From contig JAJECK010000016.1 in NCBI GenBank assembly GCA_022822085.1, forward strand, positions 5,786 through 69,785: a stretch of DNA of 64,000 nt, read 5' to 3'. The number at the start of each line of letters is the position of its first letter. Within the stretch, counting starts at the first letter, position 1. The notes under the pieces are model-generated. The model had not been told where the DNA came from. It saw only the letters and a program-made list of their open reading frames with translations, and did not search any database. This document shows positions 26,269-35,043 of this stretch, piece by piece. Source of the DNA: Candidatus Poribacteria bacterium. GTDB taxonomy: Bacteria > Poribacteria > WGA-4E > WGA-3G. The position numbers and the translations under genes were made by a program.

Positions 26269-28203
26269 TTATTTTTGTCTGGATGACAATCTGCGGACAT
26301 TTCCATCTCTGATGGTAACGTTTTGTGTGTCACAATACTCAAGAAAAGGCACTGCATATTTCCGAGATGTCTGAGCCAATTCCCGAAATTCTGCAACTGT
26401 AATTGTTTCATTGTTTTGTAGATAATTGGTTAATGACTCTTTCATGTCTTCATAGACTTTTTTGTGAATAAAATAGTTATCCGCTGCCTTGATAAACTGA
26501 CCCAGATTCAATAATGCATAAAACGTGGACTCAATCACTTGTGGTGTGTATTCTGACAGTAGCGTATTCAGTTCATTTAGACTGGGAGTGTTAATCCCAG
26601 CATTGAGAAATAAATCCTCTAACGTTTCTTTTGCAGTTGACTCTTCTTCAGAGAATTGTATTTCATGGGATGCTAATCGTAGGAGATTTCCATCCTTGAC
26701 TATCTGTTTTGTTTTTATGAGTTGGTCAGTCATTTTTTCAAAAGCCACCTCATCAAGTCCGAGTTCATGCCTTAATTGTGAGCTGTTTTGACCGGCGAGG
26801 AGCGGTTGTGATCCATGAAACTCTGATAACGCTGCTAACAATCTTTCTGTAACGTCTGTGGTGCGGGCAGCATCAGAAACAAGTGGCGTTCTGACAGATT
26901 TATCCCAACGAACAATTTTGCCTTCAGATTCCAAGGAGTTTAATATGTTCTTTACTTCAGATTGTGAATAAGGTAAATAGTAATATAGGAAGGATTCTTG
27001 GACGCATAGTGTCGGGCTGTTTTCCAATAATGCATTGACTACCTGCGTGTCATCAGCTTCTTCCCATTGTGCTAATGTGTTGATAGTTTCTTGAGTAAAC
27101 CGTTTGTGTTTGGGTGCAAATGGATTAATGACTTCTCCGCCTCCTACAGTATACTGTGCTGAAAAATCTCGTAGTATGATTCTATCTCCTCTGAAGGTCA
27201 AAATTGGCTGTTCTAAGCGAAGTTGGACTTGCACTTTATCGCCCGGGAGAATTGCTTCGTCAACCAACAGAATCAATCTACAAAAAATTTCACGTGTTCC
27301 AAGATATGCACGGAAACGCCCCCAATGTTCAAGCATCCTTGGAAATGAAGATAAAACTTGTAGCGAGATGTCAATATTGTCTGTAACATTTGAGAATTCT
27401 ATAGGACATAGAACATCGCCGCGTTGTATTTCCTGATCCGTTGTACCAGAAAGATTAAGTGCAGTTCTTTGTCCGGCATGTGCCACATTCGCGGGTTCGT
27501 TATGCACTTGTATCCCCCGAACACGGACAGTATCACCTTGTGGTAGAATTACCATCCGCTGATCTTTATTGACTGAACCACCAATAAGTGTTCCTGTAAC
27601 AACAACACCAAAACCTTCCACTTTAAATACACGATCAACATACAATCTCGGTATTCCATCATGGACTTGTGCTTCATTTGCAAGGTCTACCTGTTTGACA
27701 ATCGTCTGTTTTAAGGACTCAATTCCGTCCCCAGTGATGGAAGATACACTCACTGATGGGATACCTTCCAGTGAAGTGCCAACGAGCATCTCCTGTGTCA
27801 TTTCTGTTGCTTCTTCCAATTCATCAGGCGATGCCAAATCTGACTTTGTCATGACAAGAATGCCATTTGAGATGTTGAGCAGATCTAATATAGCTAAGTG
27901 TTCAAGTGTCTGTTCTTGTACGCCCTCTTTTGCATCAACGACAAAAAGGACAACATCCATCCCATAAGCACCCGACAACATATTACGAATAAATTTCTCA
28001 TGGCCAGGAACATCAACAATCCCCGCGCGTGAATTATCTGGTAAGTCAAAATATGCAAAACCTAACTCAATGGATAAACCGCGTTCTCGTTCCTCTTTAA
28101 GTCTGTCAGTTTGAATGCCTGTGAGAGCACCTACCAGAGCAGTTTTTCCATGGTCTACATGTCCTGCAGTGCCGATGATAAGATGTCGTCTGTCTTGCTG
28201 CAT
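26269..28203 (-). CDS. selB: Selenocysteine-specific translation elongation factor
   Basis: LIIGTAGHVDHGKTALVGALTGIQTDRLKEERERGLSIELGFAYF, DVPGHEKF, and a long winged-helix C-terminal extension. The likely start is the ATG at 28203, overlapping the lepB stop (TGATG). The track's longer start at 28284 overlaps lepB. Confidence 0.9.
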   Translation of the reverse strand: MQQDRRHLIIGTAGHVDHGKTALVGALTGIQTDRLKEERERGLSIELGFAYFDLPDNSRAGIVDVPGHEKFIRNMLSGAYGMDVVLFVVDAKEGVQEQTLEHLAILDLLNISNGILVMTKSDLASPDELEEATEMTQEMLVGTSLEGIPSVSVSSITGDGIESLKQTIVKQVDLANEAQVHDGIPRLYVDRVFKVEGFGVVVTGTLIGGSVNKDQRMVILPQGDTVRVRGIQVHNEPANVAHAGQRTALNLSGTTDQEIQRGDVLCPIEFSNVTDNIDISLQVLSSFPRMLEHWGRFRAYLGTREIFCRLILLVDEAILPGDKVQVQLRLEQPILTFRGDRIILRDFSAQYTVGGGEVINPFAPKHKRFTQETINTLAQWEEADDTQVVNALLENSPTLCVQESFLYYYLPYSQSEVKNILNSLESEGKIVRWDKSVRTPLVSDAARTTDVTERLLAALSEFHGSQPLLAGQNSSQLRHELGLDEVAFEKMTDQLIKTKQIVKDGNLLRLASHEIQFSEEESTAKETLEDLFLNAGINTPSLNELNTLLSEYTPQVIESTFYALLNLGQFIKAADNYFIHKKVYEDMKESLTNYLQNNETITVAEFRELAQTSRKYAVPFLEYCDTQNVTIRDGNVRRLSSRQK

Positions 28204-28982
28204 CAGTTGAGTCCATCTTCTGTGTGGATGAGTTTGCCTATACGGTTGAAGCGTATATTGCGGATCATCTTCCACACCTCCCATATTTTGGGTTTAGCTT
28301 GTCCAAATGACCAATATACCATGAACGCTTGCCCTTTGATACGATCAATGTGCACAGGTCCCCAAGTTCTGCTGTCACTGCTTTGATTTCGGTTATCTCC
28401 CATCGCAAAGACATGTTCTTCTGGTACAACAAACGGCTTGCCATCGGGAAATTGGCGTTTAAACTGATTCTCTGTCAAGGTATAATCCGCGTATAACTGA
28501 TTATCCCTCATATAGTCTTCCGTTTTACTAAACGGTGGGAAATCACCCCGTCTGCCATAATGACCACCTACGTACTTAGTATAACCACTATCGTTAACCT
28601 CTATACCGTTGACATAGAGTTTCCTGCCTTCCGTGTGAACAGTATCACCTTCTACTGCCACAATACGTTTGATGAAGTTGCGATCAGTTTCATGGGGAGG
28701 GATGAATACAAAAACGTCACCACGCGCAGGTTTATGAAACTCAAAGACTCTAATGTCCGTACCAGGAATCTTGAAACCGTAAATAAACTTGCAAACCAGA
28801 ATCCTATCTCCGATGAGCAGAGTATCCTCCATTGAACCTGATGGGATTTTAAATGCTTCGACAACAAAAGGTCGTATGAATCCAAAAACAAGTATGAGTG
28901 CAACTGCAATGACTTGGGTATATTCCCAGACGACCGTTTGGCGGAATTTCTGCCATTTTGTTAATTGAACATCAGTGGTCAT
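28203..28982 (-). CDS. lepB: Signal peptidase I
   Basis: One N-terminal TM segment. Catalytic-Ser box IPSGSMEDTL, the Lys box FIKRIVAVEGD, and GDNRNQSSDSR. Confidence 0.9.
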   Translation of the reverse strand: MTTDVQLTKWQKFRQTVVWEYTQVIAVALILVFGFIRPFVVEAFKIPSGSMEDTLLIGDRILVCKFIYGFKIPGTDIRVFEFHKPARGDVFVFIPPHETDRNFIKRIVAVEGDTVHTEGRKLYVNGIEVNDSGYTKYVGGHYGRRGDFPPFSKTEDYMRDNQLYADYTLTENQFKRQFPDGKPFVVPEEHVFAMGDNRNQSSDSRTWGPVHIDRIKGQAFMVYWSFGQAKPKIWEVWKMIRNIRFNRIGKLIHTEDGLN

Positions 28983-29073
28983 GTAGTTTGAAAACCGCTA
29001 TTATTAGACGGTAGTCCTTTCTTATTTTTAAAGTTATATTTTCAAATTCTTAACGGATACGTTTTCCTATACG

Positions 29074-29101
29074 ATTAGAACGAATATCATCATCATTGTC
29101 A
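29074..29101 (-). promoter_or_regulatory. Candidate sigma70-type promoter for lepB-selB (minus strand), inside the palindrome TTGTCAATTGACAA
   Basis: On the minus strand: TTGACA (29101-29096), a 16-nt spacer, then TCTAAT (29079-29074). It lies ~90 nt upstream of the lepB start. Confidence 0.35.
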
Positions 29102-29281
29102 ATTGACAAGTATATCATAAAACTGCGTTATAACAGTGTCCCTCAAGAATTACTTACCTTAGACAACCAAGAATCCAACTCCATTGTAGGGTATCGCTGA
29201 TAATTTGACACCTATGATGCGTTTACAAAACGACCTACCGCATGTAGTGGAATACAAAATTGAGACCTATAGAATCAAGAA

Positions 29282-30844
29282 TCAATCAAGACCTTTCAAT
29301 GCACTTATTATGCTGGAAGTAGCGACCCTTGAATACGCAGAATCCAGAGATTTCCATCCAATCGTTCCGTCTGTCTTAATGATATAGACAGAAGGTCGTG
29401 CAAGATTGGAATTATTTTGAGATACAACGTTGTAAGCTCCGATTGCATCTTTGCCGGTATCAGATAGCACAGTGAACGTGAGATTATTATCGTCGGTTGT
29501 CGATTTAGTGGCGGTGATGTTATCGACGCTGATAGCAATGAGCGATCCGCCTGCTGCTATAATATTATCATAGTTGTCTTGCAACTCTCCGAGTTGCGTT
29601 TGACACCACGGTCACCAGCCACCTCGGAAAAACACAATTACTATTTTACTGCTACCGATGCTGTCCGAAAGAGAGTGTGTGTTTCCATCACCATCTGGCA
29701 AAGAGAATGTAGGTGCTTTGACACCGATTCTTAAGCCTTCACCTGCTGCCAACGGTTCAGGTGCTGGTGCTGATTCGGTTGTGAAGGTGATACTCACATC
29801 GGTTTCGTTTCCAGTGCTGTCACGGACAGTACCCGATATTTGATATGTAGTACCGTGGTTGAGTTCTTGGCCAGCATTTGCTGTAAGGGTGATGGTATTC
29901 CCCGAAATCGTTGCTGTCCAACCAACATCTGATCCGTCTTTGTACAACTTCAGAACTCCACTGCTAATCGGTTCGCTGAAGGTAACCGTGATGCCATTTT
30001 CTGAAACTGTTTCCGGGTCAACGTCTTTAGCACCGTCAGCAGTACTACTGGTTGTGACATTAGGCGAGGTATTATCTTCTGCCATAACGTTATAGTTCAG
30101 TGTGTGGCTTCCGCTACCATTTGTCCACGAAATTGTCAGCGTAAGCGAACCGACAGGGAAAGGACCGCTTATAGTTCGTGAGTTACCAGAACCTGAGACT
30201 GTCCCAAAACTCACTGTTACGGTACCTGGGTCGTTATCAAATGTGATTGTGATACTATCGTTTTCCGATATGTCCCCACTTGCGGGTGACGCACTGACAA
30301 ATGCTGCATCAGGTATTTGGGGTACAACAGGGGGACTCTCAACGTTATAGTTCAGTGTATGGCTTCCGCTGCCATTTGGCCACGAAATTACCAAGGCAAG
30401 CGAACCAACAGAGAAAGGACCGCTTATAGTCCGTGAGTTACCAGAACCTGAGACTGTCCCAGAACTCACTGTTACGTCACCTGGGTCGTTGTCAAATGTG
30501 ATTGTGATACTATCGTTTTCCTTTATATTTCCGCTTGCGGGTGACGCACTGACAAATGCTGCGTCGGGTATTTGGGGTTCATCAGGGGGATCCTCTTCCA
30601 TCGTTTCAGGCTCATCAGAAGACTCCTCTTCTGAATCATCAGTTTCAGTAGAGGGGTCTTCCTTTGTACCATCGGTCTCAGTAGAGGGATCCTTCATCGT
30701 ACCTACTGATGTAACTGTGGAATCCTCTGGCGGAGTTTCATCGTCGGGCATCATAACAGGTTTCATCACCTGATTTTGCATTTCATCACATCCAGCAGCA
30801 AATATAATTAAGAATGTGATTGATATTATAGACAAAATTTTCAT
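29282..30844 (-). CDS. Lipoprotein selenoprotein: Ig-like repeats plus a C-terminal AhpC/TSA-redoxin (thioredoxin-fold) domain with a U-x-x-C active site; in-frame UGA at 29614..29612
   Basis: Track ORFs 29612..30892 and 29282..29584 share one frame (29614-29584=30) and are separated only by TGA. Read-through gives ..APTFSLPDGDGNTHSLSDSIGSSKIVIVFFRGGW-U-PWCQTQLGELQDNYDNIIAAGGSLIAISVD..LTFTVLSDTGKDAIGAYNV... The stop would otherwise cut the fold at its CxxC-type motif. A SECIS-like hairpin lies 14 nt downstream, and selB/selC are adjacent. The likely start is the Met at 30844 (MKILSIISITFLIIFAAGC lipobox). Confidence 0.8.
29581..29597 (-). promoter_or_regulatory. Candidate bacterial SECIS hairpin
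   Basis: Minus-strand RNA GCAACUC-GGA-GAGUUGC forms a perfect 7-bp stem. It starts 14 nt after the UGA, and its G-containing apical loop lies ~24 nt from the UGA. Confidence 0.6.
30086..30580 (-). repeat. Tandem 255-bp (85-aa) duplication inside the selenoprotein gene, encoding two Ig-like modules
   Basis: AACGTTATAGTTCAGTGT... starts at both 30086 and 30341. The protein copies are PQIPDAAFVSASPASG[ND]I[KS]ENDSITITFDNDPG.VTVS.GTVSGSGNSRTISGPF.VGSL.L.ISW.NGSGSHTLNYNV. Confidence 0.9.
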
Positions 30845-30872
30845 TACATATTCCCTATATATACGCTTTATT

Positions 30873-31576
30873 TTAGCGGATTTTTTTACCAATTCTATTA
30901 AAACGGATGTTTGTCACTAACTTCCAAACTTCCCATAACTTCATCGGTCGATTTGCAGTAGACCACAAGACCATGAATGCTTGTCCTTTGATATCGTCCA
31001 CCTCAACAGGTCCCCAAGTTCGACTATCACTACTCAGGTCTCGGTTATCTCCCATAGCGAATACCATTCCCTTTGGCACTATAAACGGCTTATCTTCAGG
31101 AAATTTATGTCTAAGAAGATATTCAGAACTACGAAAGGGTGGAAAATCCTGCCTATATTTATCGGTTGGTAGATGTTTTGTATAGTTTCCTTCCTCAACC
31201 TTGTCCCCATTTACATATAGATATTTACCCTTTGTATAGACTGTATCGCCTTCAACAGCAACAATCCGTTTGATAAAGTGAAGTTCTCTCTCATGCGGTG
31301 GGATAAAAACAAACACATCTCCACGAGCAGGTTTATGAAAATCGAAAACCTTTATATCAGTACCGGGGATTTTAAATCCATACATAAACTTACACACCAA
31401 AATCCGATCACCGATAAGGAGTGTATCTTCCATTGAACCTGATGGAATCAGATACGCATCAACAATAAATGGACGAAAAAACCCAAAAACGAATATTAGA
31501 ACGAAAACAATCCCTTAATCTGATGCAATTTTGTTAATATTGTTCTGGTTTGTTGTTGTATTTGATCGAATTTCAT
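30873..31576 (-). pseudogene. lepB: Second signal peptidase I copy, interrupted by a 1-nt frameshift near 31512-31515 (pseudogene or homopolymer sequencing error)
   Basis: Track ORF 30873..31433 starts at the Met inside the catalytic box. Upstream in the same frame I read GIVFVLIFVFGFFRPFIVDAYLIPSGSM, preceded by TAA. A different frame carries MKFDQIQQQTRTILTKLHQIKG from the ATG at 31576. Together these align with the lepB1 N-terminus (..VIAVALILVFGFIRPFVVEAFKIPSGSMEDTLLIGDRILVCKF). Confidence 0.7.
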
Positions 31577-31605
31577 AATGATACCAAAGGATGAGTAGAA
31601 TCCAC

Positions 31606-33228
31606 CTAAAATCTTTTAATTTCACCCCATAAGGTAGTAACTTTGTCTTGAGGTTTTATACTATATCTAATTTGTGAATTAGTTATTAATTTTGGATCTC
31701 CTATTGCTGGATGATCACACCAAGCTGTATCTAAACCACTATCAATAACAATTCTCAATACTTTCGCATCAAATGGTATAAAAAAACTGATTTTCTCATA
31801 ATTGTCTTTACCAGTTAACAGCTCAGATTTATACATATTTTCTCCATCAATTTCAAATGTAAATTTACAACTACCACCTACAAAGCAACTTTTATTCTGA
31901 TGTTTATCTATCTCAAAATCTCTATCATTAGTTATTCCAATATACCCTTCAAAAGCAATGTAGTTATTCCCTACTAAATTATATTTAAGAGATGAGACTT
32001 TGGGATGATCGGGTGGAGATAGTGAAATACCTCTTTCAAAAGTAGTATTTCTCATTACAATAGGATTCCCATTATTGGTTTTATTATCTGAAATAGCCTG
32101 CCATCCCCAACCATTTTTATATTCACCTGAAGAATTAAACGGTTTCAATCCATTTTCATCAGGTAAAGTCTTTTTACCTAAATTAATGTTAAGATATACA
32201 ACATTTTTTGAAGTGTCTTCTTTAATCGTTGTTGGTTCTAAATCTTCCTCAAGTCCCAAATCTTCATTTTTATTGCGGACAGAAGTTTGTTCATCAACAA
32301 CTTCCTCTTTAAATCTTGGGGGCATAGTAAAATCGTATCTATGGAAAGTAAAAGCACCTAAAGTATCCATAATCATAAAGGTTAGAAGGTTTTTTCCTAT
32401 GAGTTTACTTCTACTTATTCTCATATCTACATTAGTATTTTTGCCATCGATATATTGCCAACCTATTACCAATATATTACTGTCCATAACGACAATTTGG
32501 TATAGATCGTTTTGGCTCGTAATGTTAATTTTGATACTGATTATATTATCTTCTATTTCTTCAACATTAAATACTTGATTTACCTTCGGATGTTGCCATT
32601 TTATTATTCTGTCAGCATTAAAAAAATAGTGTTTATCTAACCATCTTGCTTCATACTCTAATAGTTCTTGACCTGATCCCATTATTGTATTCGTTGTTCC
32701 AGTATGATACAAACTAAATGTATGCCCTATTTCATGTGCAATTAAACTAACCATAGATGTATTTGCATTTTCCGCAACTATACACGAACCACCAAAATTA
32801 AAATTATATACAGGCCATCCAACACCCCATTGACAACATCCTTGATTCAAATTAATTGTGTCAATACCACCAATAATAAAAACATGTACATTCTTTTGAT
32901 CTTCAAATTTTTCTGGTATTTCTGTCTTTAAATTATCCCAAGTGTTAGATTGGTATATATGAGATGGACGGTTAGTATTAATTACATTTACTCTTATATT
33001 CCCGTTATGTTCTCTTTCAAATTTGAAAGTCTTATTTCCAAAACCGTTTCTAGACATTTCTTCCATATATAATTGCTGAACATCATTCATCCATCCTCTA
33101 ATTTTATTGAATGGGACATTCTGCACATTATTTGGCTTAACATAAATTGTTTTTACTAAATAATTGGCATTAGCAGATATTGATACTAATATTAAGAGTA
33201 TAGTTAAAAGTAACCTAAATTTTTTCAT
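31606..33228 (-). CDS. Secreted zinc metalloprotease-like protein (HExxH...H) with a C-terminal beta-sandwich (carbohydrate-binding-like) region
   Basis: Signal peptide MKKFRLLLTILLILVSISANA. HEIGHTFSLYH is metzincin-like spacing with Ser in place of Gly. The gene is visibly more AT-rich than its neighbours, and the protein is rich in N/I/K. It ends in DKVTTLWGEIKRF. Confidence 0.55.
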   Translation of the reverse strand: MKKFRLLLTILLILVSISANANYLVKTIYVKPNNVQNVPFNKIRGWMNDVQQLYMEEMSRNGFGNKTFKFEREHNGNIRVNVINTNRPSHIYQSNTWDNLKTEIPEKFEDQKNVHVFIIGGIDTINLNQGCCQWGVGWPVYNFNFGGSCIVAENANTSMVSLIAHEIGHTFSLYHTGTTNTIMGSGQELLEYEARWLDKHYFFNADRIIKWQHPKVNQVFNVEEIEDNIISIKINITSQNDLYQIVVMDSNILVIGWQYIDGKNTNVDMRISRSKLIGKNLLTFMIMDTLGAFTFHRYDFTMPPRFKEEVVDEQTSVRNKNEDLGLEEDLEPTTIKEDTSKNVVYLNINLGKKTLPDENGLKPFNSSGEYKNGWGWQAISDNKTNNGNPIVMRNTTFERGISLSPPDHPKVSSLKYNLVGNNYIAFEGYIGITNDRDFEIDKHQNKSCFVGGSCKFTFEIDGENMYKSELLTGKDNYEKISFFIPFDAKVLRIVIDSGLDTAWCDHPAIGDPKLITNSQIRYSIKPQDKVTTLWGEIKRF

Positions 33229-33317
33229 ATTTTCTATCTGAATTCTTTTTTCTAATATTCGATATCAACACATTTTTCATAATTCTAACGTGAATTTGAT
33301 AATTAAATGCAATATCC

Positions 33318-33406
33318 GTTGTAGGTCAGGTTTAGGCACGAAACCTAACTATATGCATTAGATTTTGGGCTGCATGTTGGAATTCGTGCCATACGCCAAC
33401 CTACAA
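33318..33406. repeat. Long imperfect inverted repeat containing the dispersed AGGCACGAAA / TTCGTGCC motif in both arms
   Basis: TTGTAGGT (33319-33326) pairs with ACCTACAA (33399-33406). GGCACGAA (33335-33342) pairs with TTCGTGCC (33383-33390). There is also a local hairpin AGGTTT-AGGCACG-AAACCT at 33328-33346. Confidence 0.6.
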
Positions 33407-33457
33407 TCTACTTTCTTTCGCTCATATCAAACTCAGGTTAATTCTATACTGGCTCAC

Positions 33458-34897
33458 CTATCTCCGTTTCAAATCTGCCCATCGGACCAATCGTTTTCCA
33501 TGATGGGATACAGATAGAGGGTCTTCTTTCTTCTGTTCCTGCTCATTTTGTTCCTGTTCAACTACCTCTTGTTCAACTTCTTCCTGCTCATCTACTTGGT
33601 CAGCTACATCACGTTTTCCCATGCCTTCAGCAGGACTATTTGGTTGCAATGTAAAATCACCAGCATCTGCATTCACAAACAGAGGGTCTTCATCTATGTT
33701 GTCCTTATAACTTAAAAATTTCTGTCTGCCATCAGGATCAATTCCCATAAGACCATTTTTAATATTGCATGAATGAATGGATACAGATCCCTGGGCAAAT
33801 ACTTCAGCGTATGTCCCATCAGAAGTATTATCCCACACGATTGAATTGGTCATGTTGAGATGACCTCGGTCAGCGACATAGATACCACCGCCCCTATTTC
33901 CTGCAGAGTTTTGTGTAATTGTACAATACTTGACATACGCATTGCCAAATCTTGTAAGATCCCATATACCTCCGCCATTCTCCAAAGCGGTATTGTTTGC
34001 AATCACACAATCCGTGGCATATAATGACGAAGTTGGACTACAGAATATACCACCACCATCTTCCGCTGTATTCTTATCTATAATTGAATTTTTAATCGTT
34101 ATTCTGGAATAGTCTTGACATATTAAACCACCGTCAGAGTTTTCAGTGATGTGACTATTTGTTATATCCGCTCCAGCAAAAGAAAGGAGACTTATACCTC
34201 GTCTACCGTTATTTGATACAGTACAATTAACTATATCTGCACTTTCAAGCACGCAGGAAATCCCATTACTTGTGTTGTCAGAAATTGCACAATTCTTTAT
34301 AGTCGGTCTTACCAAGGTTTCAACCATATTAACATTATCCTGAATAACGCCATCCCGTTTAAGGGTTAAAAGTACATCAATTCCTCCAATGAGTATACCT
34401 ACACCAATATTACTTGAGATTTTGGTATCTGTAATGTTTAGAGCGGAATTAAGACTATATATCCCAGATGTCAGATTATCTTTAACCACACAATTTTTAA
34501 TCGTAGGTGAAGCAGAAATAAGAGTAATTGCTCCACCAAATACATGCTTCCCATTTTTAACTGTGAATCCGTCTAATACCGATGCATCTGTTTCATCATT
34601 TTGGAAACTGAATCCTCTGGTTTCTGTCTTCTCCTCACAGTCGATTATCGTTGTCTCAGCACCATTCCGGGATTTAAGAATTATCTCTTTTCCCTTAAAA
34701 TCAAGGTTCACATTTCCTTCGCCTTTGTAAATTCCATCATCTACCAAAACTGTGTCACCATTTTGAGCGGTATCAATACCGGCTTGAATTGTCGGTTGAT
34801 CTGCAGGCACATTGATCGTAGCTGCAAAGGTAAGTGGACTTAATGTAGAAAAACATACAATAATGATTGAATAGATAAGCCTTCTAATTTGTTCCAT
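33458..34897 (-). CDS. Secreted right-handed parallel beta-helix repeat protein (paralogue 1)
   Basis: Signal peptide ...LSPLTFA. Repeated ..N..GGGI../..NT...GG.. beta-helix rungs. The N-terminal ~80 aa are nearly identical to the next gene. An acidic insertion (EQEEVEQEVVEQEQNEQEQKKE) precedes the tail GKRLVRWADLKRR. Confidence 0.7.
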   Translation of the reverse strand: MEQIRRLIYSIIIVCFSTLSPLTFAATINVPADQPTIQAGIDTAQNGDTVLVDDGIYKGEGNVNLDFKGKEIILKSRNGAETTIIDCEEKTETRGFSFQNDETDASVLDGFTVKNGKHVFGGAITLISASPTIKNCVVKDNLTSGIYSLNSALNITDTKISSNIGVGILIGGIDVLLTLKRDGVIQDNVNMVETLVRPTIKNCAISDNTSNGISCVLESADIVNCTVSNNGRRGISLLSFAGADITNSHITENSDGGLICQDYSRITIKNSIIDKNTAEDGGGIFCSPTSSLYATDCVIANNTALENGGGIWDLTRFGNAYVKYCTITQNSAGNRGGGIYVADRGHLNMTNSIVWDNTSDGTYAEVFAQGSVSIHSCNIKNGLMGIDPDGRQKFLSYKDNIDEDPLFVNADAGDFTLQPNSPAEGMGKRDVADQVDEQEEVEQEVVEQEQNEQEQKKEDPLSVSHHGKRLVRWADLKRR

Positions 34898-35043
34898 GAT
34901 TTTTCTCCTATGGATAAGTATATTCTACTGTTTTTATTATTAAAACTACAAAGTGGATTATGTCTAAACCCATAACTGAGTTCCATCATAAGATTTGTTG
35001 GGACAATACAGCTATTTATTCATTGAAAGTTCCAAATGTTATG

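Noticed and set aside
26050-26411. Track ORFs 26050..26238(+), 26223..26411(-) and the N-terminal 34 codons of the lipA ORF
   Set aside because: All of them overlap the tRNA-Sec gene or the selB 3' end. lipA has a natural Met-Met start at 26114, downstream of the tRNA.
29282-29584. Treating the 100-aa ORF as an independent small gene and 29612..30892 as a complete gene
   Set aside because: The 'start' is a TTG inside the SECIS-like hairpin with no RBS. The fragment begins mid-domain, immediately after the PWC half of the redox motif. The frame is continuous across a single TGA. Selenocysteine read-through explains all of these observations.
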